DNA from: Chthonomonadales bacterium
GTDB lineage: Bacteria; Armatimonadota; Chthonomonadetes; Chthonomonadales; Chthonomonadaceae
NCBI GenBank assembly: GCA_038217285.1
Contig: JBBQPO010000095.1
Coordinates: 1 to 19,500 of the forward strand
Direction: 5' to 3'
DNA: 19,500 bases
Part shown: piece after piece, positions 1 to 6,616 of the stretch
Numbering within the stretch: the stretch's first letter is position 1
Layout of the letters: each line of letters starts with the position of its first letter
Notes under the pieces: model-generated
The model's database searches: none
Told to the model about the DNA's origin: nothing
The model's input: only the letters and a program-made list of their open reading frames with translations
Made by a program: the position numbers and the translations under genes

Positions 1-84
1 GTTGGAGAGGTCTTGCTCAAAGAGAGCGGCGGCTTCGTAACGCTTCTGTTGGATCTGTTTTCGGGTAAGAATTAAGGTGTTCAT
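1..84 (-). CDS. 5' fragment of a probable IS630-family transposase (HTH region); runs off the window edge
   Basis: Manual translation of the minus strand from ATG at 84 gives MNTLILTRKQIQQKRYEAAALFEQDLSN. This resembles the 'R..AA.LF.QG.S..E(I/V)AR.LGVS' N-terminus of IS630/winged-HTH transposases. It is too short to appear in the ORF track. Confidence 0.6.
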   Translation of the reverse strand, partial: MNTLILTRKQIQQKRYEAAALFEQDLSN

Positions 85-139
85 ACTCACAATACGCAAA
101 CCTGGGCGGTTCGTTGCTAGATCACCTGAAGGTCAATAG
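1..139 (-). mobile_element. Probable left end of an IS630-family insertion sequence
   Basis: The transposase-like start is at 84. The minus strand from 139 reads CTATTGACCTTCAGG, a TA-containing terminus like IS630 ends I recall. Homology with the 1388-1518 leader stops just beside this point. An alternative boundary is the CTAG at 117-120. Confidence 0.45.
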
Positions 140-147
140 GCGGAAGG

Positions 148-278
148 CCCGTATCCGTCTTTCTGAAACGGATACCGAACATTGCGGCACACGCCGGATA
201 ATTTTGGCGATGTACTTCACGAACCTGTCTTGTATCACAGTGTTCTAATCGAAATGGAAGAGTGAAAGCCTCCCATGC
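148..278 (-). ncRNA. Candidate structured cis-regulatory leader, copy A
   Basis: 131 nt, alignable by eye with 1388-1518. Four hairpins are conserved, with compensatory and G-U changes that favour the minus strand. Confidence 0.55.
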
Positions 279-421
279 CGGAGCGCTGACCGATGTTCCG
301 TAAGACACACGACCAGGCGGATCGCGCCAAACAATCAGTCCGCTAATAGACGAAATATGTGCGTGCCAGGTTCCCAAACGTCAGGGGCCTGGTCAAGGCC
401 ATCTCTACAATAAGTGAACAA

Positions 422-437
422 TGCAAGAAACGTGCCA
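422..437 (-). promoter_or_regulatory. Sigma-54 (-24/-12) promoter
   Basis: The minus strand reads TGGCACGTTTCTTGCA, an exact match to the TGGCACG-N4-TTGCW consensus, in intergenic DNA. Confidence 0.75.
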
Positions 438-653
438 CATCGGTCGAAACAACCGACGTAGACGCAAAATCGATCAAATTTGCCAAAAAAACTCTCTCTC
501 ATTTATCCTTGCTCGCCATCTAAGCATCCGACGATGCCCCAGGGATAGGATGGCGGCACGCTTTCAAATAGAGCAAGGCTGTTCACTCACAGAGAAGACA
601 TTTGATCGGCGGCATTCGGATTTATCGGAATACTCCGCCCGTTCGAACGCCAT

Positions 654-696
654 AAATGCAGATGTCCCGGCACACCGTGCCGGGACATCTGCATTT
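654..696 (-). terminator. Perfect 20-bp inverted repeat; probable intrinsic terminator of PEP-CTERM gene 1
   Basis: AAATGCAGATGTCCCGGCAC-acc-GTGCCGGGACATCTGCATTT, 17 nt downstream of the stop codon at 714. Confidence 0.8.
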
Positions 697-713
697 TGCA
701 TCAGGACGACTGC

Positions 714-1358
714 CTATTTGCGGCGGGTGCGGCGGCGAGCGAACGCAGCCCCGGAGACGCCCATACCGAAGAGCATGGCCCAGGTGCCGGGTTCCGGAGT
801 GCTCGGCCCAGCAGGTCGGTTGTTCGGCCCGGTCACGAAGGACTGGTTGCCTGCCGGGGAGCTGTTGCTGTTCTTGGTCGAGTTGGCGGCGAAGGCGGTG
901 AAGTCTCCAGCGCCGTTGACCGGGTTGAGCGAGTGGATCAGCACGGTTCCGATGAACTGTGAACCGGCGCCCGAGTTTACGAATGTCGTCCCGTTGTACG
1001 TGAGGGAGACGTTCGGCTGCAAGGCATCGTCACCGGCCAACTGGGCCGATCCGGGCGGGTTAAGCCCCAGGTTCTGTACCGTAACATTGTACGACGTTCC
1101 GCCACCACCGGTGGTGAACGTGGGACTGTTCCCGCCACCCGTTATCAGGCCGTTGAAGTCATAGAAGGTGAAAATATCCCCGGCGGAGGTGCGAGTGTCC
1201 GCCCCAAGGAAGAGTTGATAGTTGTAAACGATGTTCCCGGCCGGGCCTGTGGCGGAGATGAAGACAGGCGTAATCGACTGGGCGATGGCGGCGCCAGCAC
1301 CTACGACCGTCAGGGCCGCCAAGGCGACCGTGCGGGATAAGAGACAAGAAATCTTCAT
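714..1358 (-). CDS. PEP-CTERM sorting domain-containing secreted protein 1 (214 aa)
   Basis: Signal peptide MKISCLLSRTVALAALTVVGAGAAIA, a Gly/Ser/Thr/Asn-rich body, and the C-terminal TPEPGTWAMLFGMGVSGAAFARRRTRRK. The AAGGGA RBS supports the start at 1358 rather than 1394. Confidence 0.93.
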   Translation of the reverse strand: MKISCLLSRTVALAALTVVGAGAAIAQSITPVFISATGPAGNIVYNYQLFLGADTRTSAGDIFTFYDFNGLITGGGNSPTFTTGGGGTSYNVTVQNLGLNPPGSAQLAGDDALQPNVSLTYNGTTFVNSGAGSQFIGTVLIHSLNPVNGAGDFTAFAANSTKNSNSSPAGNQSFVTGPNNRPAGPSTPEPGTWAMLFGMGVSGAAFARRRTRRK

Positions 1359-1387
1359 GGATAATTTTCCCTTTACTATTCGATGAT

Positions 1388-1518
1388 CCCACACCCGTCT
1401 TTCCTACAACGGAGCGGGACGCTGCTACACGCGCCAGAATAATTTTTGGCTGTATTCGTCCTGAACGTGTCTGTGTAACAGAGTTCTTATTGTGCGGGAG
1501 AGTTGCCCACTCCCGTGC
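1388..1518 (-). ncRNA. Candidate structured cis-regulatory leader, copy B, in the 5' region of PEP-CTERM gene 1
   Basis: Homologous to 148-278. It ends about 30 nt before the ATG at 1358. Confidence 0.55.
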
Positions 1519-1598
1519 AACAATGGTGCTATTGCGTTGACCTGATACAGAGTGTCGATACCTGAAAAAAAGACCAGGACAAGAACCTGCACTGTTTC

Positions 1599-1675
1599 GT
1601 GCCTCGGATGGAGAGGCACAAAGCCTGACATGCGATGCTCAAGGACCATCCTTCGTAGAATCCGATGGATTCTAC
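1599..1675 (-). terminator. Two hairpins at the 3' end of PEP-CTERM gene 2 (possible terminator or RNA-stabilising stems)
   Basis: GTAGAATCC-gat-GGATTCTAC (1655-1675, overlapping the stop codon) and GTGCCTC-N7-GAGGCAC (1599-1619). Neither has an immediate U tract. Confidence 0.45.
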
Positions 1676-2352
1676 TTGCGGCGGTTGCGGCGGCGAGCGA
1701 AGGCCACACCGGAGACACCCATGCCGAAGAGCATAGCCCAGGTGCCGGGTTCCGGAGTACCGACGACGCGAGCGCCAGCGCCTCCTGCTTGCGGAGTCGG
1801 GGAGCCGCCATTATTGAACAGGCCCGGCAACGCGCGCAGTTGGAAGTTGATCGTCGGCACACCGGCGGCGGTGAAGACATAGTTGAAGACTTCGGCCTGT
1901 CCGTCCGGCGTACTTACCAGATTGTCGTAGGTATTCGCCAGCGTGTTGGTCGTCTGCGTCAAATGCCCACTCAGCGTACCGGTCACGAACTGGGTGATCG
2001 CGCTGTATCCAGCCAGTGGCGCTCCGGCGGCATTGGAGGGGGTCAGCGTGACCGCAACCTTGTAGGGGAAGTTGAAAACTCCCACAGTGAGATCGGTCGA
2101 GTTGGAGGTACTGTTCGTCGCAAACTGATACAGACTTATCTGCGTACCGCTCGGCGGCGCATAATTGCCCGTGGAGATGATATCGTTGATACCAAGCGCT
2201 GCGGTCGTATCGACCGAGAACGCATTGACGACATGTCCGCCCGCAGGAGTTTCGAAATCCGTGGTGTAGTTGAAATATTGAGCGTTGGCGTGCTGCGTGG
2301 CACCCATTAGAACCGCTCCAGCGGCCAGCAGTGTTAAACTAAGTTTACGCAT
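1672..2352 (-). CDS. PEP-CTERM sorting domain-containing secreted protein 2 (226 aa)
   Basis: Signal peptide MRKLSLTLLAAGAVLMGATQHANA, C-terminal TPEPGTWAMLFGMGVSGVAFARRRNRRK, AAGGAG RBS. Confidence 0.95.
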   Translation of the reverse strand: MRKLSLTLLAAGAVLMGATQHANAQYFNYTTDFETPAGGHVVNAFSVDTTAALGINDIISTGNYAPPSGTQISLYQFATNSTSNSTDLTVGVFNFPYKVAVTLTPSNAAGAPLAGYSAITQFVTGTLSGHLTQTTNTLANTYDNLVSTPDGQAEVFNYVFTAAGVPTINFQLRALPGLFNNGGSPTPQAGGAGARVVGTPEPGTWAMLFGMGVSGVAFARRRNRRK

Positions 2353-2649
2353 AGGTCACTTCTCCTTGAGTATTTCCATATTCTGTGCGAAAGGTAGCGG
2401 ACAAGCACGCTATCGGCGCGAATTGTTACGCAGTCATGAAGGATCAGGGCAGGCACTTATAATACCCCATAATAAGGAATCGCTTCCCTGCCTGCGGAGC
2501 CCCACCTGTAGCTCTTGAGAGCGATGAACAGCAAACACACTCCTAGTCTACCCAATATACACGGGCAAACTGGCATAGAGTTCACTTCATCACAAAAAAT
2601 CCCGTGTTCCTACCGAAAAATCGGCATTCGCACCTCTCAACCATGTACT

Positions 2650-2665
2650 TGCACAAACTGTGCCA
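2650..2665 (-). promoter_or_regulatory. Probable sigma-54 promoter for PEP-CTERM gene 2
   Basis: The minus strand reads TGGCACAGTTTGTGCA, with correct GG-N10-GC spacing, about 300 nt upstream of the ATG at 2352. Confidence 0.6.
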
Positions 2666-2920
2666 GATTCGCCAAAACGGCTGTTCTGGACCGATAATTT
2701 TCAAAACTATCGTCAGAGGGCCGCAAATGGCGTCCCTACCTCCTCCCTTTCGAAGCGCCTCAGACACTCAGAAGCGGCAATGGCGCAGGGCTCCGGCGCG
2801 TCCCGCCCTCGCAATGAACTTTCTTTCCGCCTCGCGCGTCCATTTGAGTATGAAATCCCTGGATCGCTCCCGTCACTGAACTCTATGAGCGGGCGTCCAC
2901 GAACACGCCGTAACATGGAC

Positions 2921-2950
2921 TTGACATCCTGTGTCAAAGTGGGTTAGGAT
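2921..2950 (+). promoter_or_regulatory. Sigma-70-type promoter of the DUF1549 operon with an overlapping palindrome
   Basis: TTGACA (2921-2926), 18-nt spacer, TAGGAT (2945-2950). The -35 is half of the palindrome TTGACA-N5-TGTCAA. GGGAGG RBS at 2972-2977. Confidence 0.6.
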
Positions 2951-2985
2951 TACAAGCGTATTATACGTATAGGGAGGTTGATCGT

Positions 2986-5241
2986 ATGCAACTGTGGAAA
3001 GCCGTTCTTCCACTGGCGCTCGTCGGGTTTACACTGCCGGTGGGCGCACAGAAGCATGGGCAGACAAGGCATCGACCGGTCGTCGCCAAAGCGCCTGTGG
3101 TCATGGTTCTGCCCGATCCTTCTGTGCCAGCCCGCGTCGAGTTCCTGCGAGATGTCGCTCCGATCCTGGATCGCGGCGGCTGCTCCGGCTCCCAGTGCCA
3201 TGGCAAGTTCGGCGGACGCGGCGGTTTTCAGATTTCGCTGCTGACGCTCAGCCCGGAAGACGACTTCGAACCGATCGTCTATGGCGCCAGAGGCCGCCGC
3301 ATCAACTTCACTGCTCCCGAAAAGAGTCTCCTGTTGCTGAAAGCCGTTGGAGCCGCGCCGCATGTCGGCGGGAAGCGCTTCGCCATCGGCTCGTACCAGT
3401 ATAACACCCTGCTGCGCTGGATCAAACAGGGCGCGCCGTTCGAGGATAAAGATCCGCGCCTGACCACCCTGCGCGTGGTACCCGACAAACTGCAGCTTGC
3501 AAAGGCCAGGATGCCGCGCCAGTTGAAGGTGATGGCGACCTATACCGACGGCAGCACCCGCGATGTGACCCGGCAGACAGCGTTCCAGTCCACCAACGGC
3601 GCGGTGTTGGATGTCTCGCAGAACGGCGTCGTGAACGGTCTGCGCTGGGGCGGCGGCGCGGTCGTCGTGCGCTATCTCGGCACCGTCGCGGCCTGCTTCG
3701 TGACCCTGCCGCAGGTTCGCAAGGGCGCCTACCCCGAAACTCCCAACAACAACATCGTCGATAAGTATGTTTTCGACAACCTCAAGCAGTTGAACGTCGT
3801 GCCGTCCAGCCTGAGCGACGACACCGAGTTTCTGCGCCGCGTCACGCTCGATACCCTCGGACGTCTGCCCTCCCCGGACGAAGTGGTCGCCTTCCAGGCC
3901 GATGGTAGCCCCACCAAACGCGCCAAGATGATCGACAGCCTGCTGGAAAGACCGGAGTATGTCGATTTCCGAACGCTGCGCCTGGCCGACCTGCTTCGTG
4001 TCAACCCGCGTAAGTTCGGCAACGGCAACGGCGCACTGGCCGACCGCAGCGCAGTCCTGTTCTACGACTGGATCTGGAACAGTGTCGCACAGAACCAGCC
4101 CTGGGACCAGTTCGTGCACGATCTGATCGAGGCGCGCGGCAGTACCTATCAGAACGGCCCCGCAAACTTCTACCGCGTCGAGCGCGGCGCGAACGACCGC
4201 ATGGAGAACATCGGGCAGGCCTTTCTCGGTGTGCGTATGTCTTGCGCCCGCTGCCATAAACATCCGTTCGATCGCTGGACCACCGACAACTACTGGAACT
4301 TCGCTTCCTTCATGGGGAAGGTGAACGCCCGCGGCGGCAAACTGAACAACGAGGAGATCATCGGCTACGACGGCGGCGCACGCGTCGTCAACCAGTCGGT
4401 AAACGGCAAGAACCGGGGCCGTATCGCGCCCTGCACCTATCTGGGTGAGACGGAACCCGCGAAAGAGACGCCGGACATGATCGCCTCTCTCGCGGACTGG
4501 ATGATCGACACGAAAAACCCGTTCTTCGCCCGCGCCACCGTGAATCGGCTCTGGTCCTACTACTTCGTGCGCGGCGTCATCCATCCGGTGGACGACATGC
4601 GCGCGACCACCCCGGAGAGCGTTCCCGGCCTGCTCGACGCGCTGGCGAAAGAGATGGTAGACCACAAATACGATATGAAATATGTCACACGCCTGATTCT
4701 TAACTCACGCACCTACCAACTTTCTGCCGTTCCCAATGCGTCCAATGAGAAGGACGACCGTTTCTTCTCACACTACTTCCCGAAGGCGATGCCCGCCGAA
4801 GCGCTGATAGATGCGGTGAACCAGGCGACAGGAGCGCCGGAGAAGTTCGGCTCGTTCCCGGAGCGGTCGCGCGCTGTGCAGGCCGAGGTACCGAACGGCT
4901 CGCAGTTCCTGAGCGCCTTCGGGCAGTCGCATCGGGAGTTTCTGGCGGACATCGACCCCAAGCTGGAGCCGAACCTCGTTCAGACGCTGATGATGATCAA
5001 CTCGCCGTACATCGAAAACAAGATTCGGCAGGGCACCACGGTCAACAACGAGGTCGCCCGCTCCGACACAGACGAGGCGCTGGTGCGCGGGCTCTATATG
5101 CGCACGTTCTGCCGCCCGCCGAACCCGACCGAGCTCTCCAAATCGGTCGCCATTCTCAAACTGACGCCGGATCGCCACGAAGGCGCGCAAGATCTGCTCT
5201 GGGCGCTGCTCTCGGCCCGCGAATTCTTTTTCAATCACTGA
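2986..5241 (+). CDS. DUF1549/DUF1553 (Planctomycete PSCyt2/PSD1-type) exported protein with an Ig-like domain
   Basis: Signal peptide; 'F.RDV.PIL...GCSGSQCHG...GRGGFQISL'; Ig-like 'QLKVMATYTDGSTRDVT'; DUF1549 motifs 'DDTEFLRRVTLDTLGRLP' and 'FLGVRMSCARCHKHPFDRWT'; DUF1553 motif 'NPFFARATVNRLWSYYF.RG.I.PVDD'; terminal 'DLLWALL...EFFFNH'. Confidence 0.93.
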   Translation: MQLWKAVLPLALVGFTLPVGAQKHGQTRHRPVVAKAPVVMVLPDPSVPARVEFLRDVAPILDRGGCSGSQCHGKFGGRGGFQISLLTLSPEDDFEPIVYGARGRRINFTAPEKSLLLLKAVGAAPHVGGKRFAIGSYQYNTLLRWIKQGAPFEDKDPRLTTLRVVPDKLQLAKARMPRQLKVMATYTDGSTRDVTRQTAFQSTNGAVLDVSQNGVVNGLRWGGGAVVVRYLGTVAACFVTLPQVRKGAYPETPNNNIVDKYVFDNLKQLNVVPSSLSDDTEFLRRVTLDTLGRLPSPDEVVAFQADGSPTKRAKMIDSLLERPEYVDFRTLRLADLLRVNPRKFGNGNGALADRSAVLFYDWIWNSVAQNQPWDQFVHDLIEARGSTYQNGPANFYRVERGANDRMENIGQAFLGVRMSCARCHKHPFDRWTTDNYWNFASFMGKVNARGGKLNNEEIIGYDGGARVVNQSVNGKNRGRIAPCTYLGETEPAKETPDMIASLADWMIDTKNPFFARATVNRLWSYYFVRGVIHPVDDMRATTPESVPGLLDALAKEMVDHKYDMKYVTRLILNSRTYQLSAVPNASNEKDDRFFSHYFPKAMPAEALIDAVNQATGAPEKFGSFPERSRAVQAEVPNGSQFLSAFGQSHREFLADIDPKLEPNLVQTLMMINSPYIENKIRQGTTVNNEVARSDTDEALVRGLYMRTFCRPPNPTELSKSVAILKLTPDRHEGAQDLLWALLSAREFFFNH

Positions 5242-5290
5242 AATCCTGATATCACAATCACTGAAATGCTGAACTGGGGAGGTTGGTTCT

Positions 5291-6616
5291 ATGGAGTACA
5301 ACTGGCTGAGCGACTGCGAGAAGTTTCATCGGCGGGACGTGCTGCGGGTAGGCGTATTGAGCCTGCTCGGGCTCTCACTTTCGAAATACTATGCCCTGGC
5401 GGACAGCGCGAAAAAAGCGCAGCCGGCGGGAGGCCATACGACAGGCACGGCCGACTCCGTGGTCTTGATCTGGCTGGCCGGTGGGCCGAGCCATATCGAC
5501 ACCTTCGACCCCAAGCCGGACTCGCCTTTGGAGATTCGGGGTAAGTTCAACGCGATCCCGACCTCCGCTCCCGGCATTCAGTTGTCCGAACATCTGCCCA
5601 AACTCGCCGGTCAGATGGACAAAGTCTGCGCCGTCCGCAGCGTGACCAGCCCGACCGGCGCGCATGAGATCGGCACGCACTATATGCTGACCGGCTTCCT
5701 GCCGCTGCCCGGCTTCGCAGTTCCCTCGTACGGGGCGGTCGCTTCCAGCCTCCTCGGCCCCCGCAGCGCCCTGCCCCCCTACATCTCGATTCAGCAGCCC
5801 GGCAGCGAGATGGGAGCGGGTTTCCTCGGCGCTTCTCTGAACCCGTTCTATCCCGGCGGCGATCCGGCCAATCCGAACTTCCGCGTCCGCGACCTCGACA
5901 GGCCCGCCAACATGACGGAGCAGAAACAGGCGCGCCGCAAAGAGCTGCGCGAAACCGTCGATGCGGCGTTCCGACAGCATGAGAAGGGTTCCGATACAGC
6001 CCGCGCCGTAGACTCGTTCTACAACCGCGCCTACACGCTGCTCTCCTCCACCGAGGCCCGCGCCGCGTTCGACCTCTCGAAAGAGAAGCCGGAACTGCGC
6101 GACTCCTATGGCCGCAACAACTTCGGGCAGAGCCTGCTGCTGGCCCGGCGCTTGACGGAGGCAGGTGTGCGCTTCTCGACCGTCACGCTCGGCGGCTGGG
6201 ACAACCACTCCAACATCTTCAATTCGCTGGGCAACGGGCATCTCAATATGTTCGACCAGAGTTTCTCCACCTTTATCGCCGATCTGGCGCAGCGCGGACT
6301 GCTGCAGCGCACGCTAGTGGTCGTCATGGGCGAGTTTGGACGCACCCCGATCATCAACCGCGACGCGGGACGCGACCACTACCCGCGCGTCTTCTCGATG
6401 CTCATGGCAGGCGGAGGCGTCAAGGGCGGAACGGTCGTCGGCTCGTCCGATGCCAAGGGCATGGAGCCTGCGTCCGACCCGGTGCGCCCGGAAGACATCG
6501 CCGCGACGATCTACCACTGTCTCGGCATCGACTATACCCAGAGCATCGCTTCACCCGAGGGCGTCCGTATCACCCTTGCCCGCGGCGGCTCGCATATCCA
6601 CAAGGCGCTGGTATGA
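5291..6616 (+). CDS. DUF1501 family protein with a twin-arginine-type leader
   Basis: RRDVLRVG leader; motifs GGPSHIDTFDPKP, YGRNNFGQSLLLARRL.EAGVRF, GWDNH, GEFGRTP, GRDHY; GGGAGG RBS. Confidence 0.95.
   Translation: MEYNWLSDCEKFHRRDVLRVGVLSLLGLSLSKYYALADSAKKAQPAGGHTTGTADSVVLIWLAGGPSHIDTFDPKPDSPLEIRGKFNAIPTSAPGIQLSEHLPKLAGQMDKVCAVRSVTSPTGAHEIGTHYMLTGFLPLPGFAVPSYGAVASSLLGPRSALPPYISIQQPGSEMGAGFLGASLNPFYPGGDPANPNFRVRDLDRPANMTEQKQARRKELRETVDAAFRQHEKGSDTARAVDSFYNRAYTLLSSTEARAAFDLSKEKPELRDSYGRNNFGQSLLLARRLTEAGVRFSTVTLGGWDNHSNIFNSLGNGHLNMFDQSFSTFIADLAQRGLLQRTLVVVMGEFGRTPIINRDAGRDHYPRVFSMLMAGGGVKGGTVVGSSDAKGMEPASDPVRPEDIAATIYHCLGIDYTQSIASPEGVRITLARGGSHIHKALV

Larger units (their letters stand above)
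714..1758. repeat. 87-bp direct repeat (714-800 and 1672-1758) encoding the two PEP-CTERM tails
   Basis: Manual alignment gives 9 mismatches in 87 nt and 26 of 28 identical residues. Confidence 0.9.

Noticed and set aside
352-368. Second TGGCACG on the minus strand
   Set aside because: No GC at the -12 position.
117-377. 86-aa minus-strand ORF
   Set aside because: TTG start, no recognisable motif, and it overlaps the conserved leader whose second copy has indels incompatible with a shared reading frame.
438-484. GAAA hairpin followed by GACGCAAA, reminiscent of a c-di-GMP-I riboswitch
   Set aside because: Wrong strand for the neighbouring genes, and it lacks the 5' GGCAAA and the downstream P3 stem.
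1588-1604. Sigma-54-like AGGCACGAAACAGTGCA upstream of PEP-CTERM gene 1
   Set aside because: GG-to-GC spacing is 11 rather than the required 10 nt.
421-2310. Long plus-strand ORFs 421-1164 and 1552-2310
   Set aside because: Antisense shadows of the two PEP-CTERM genes, with no protein motifs.
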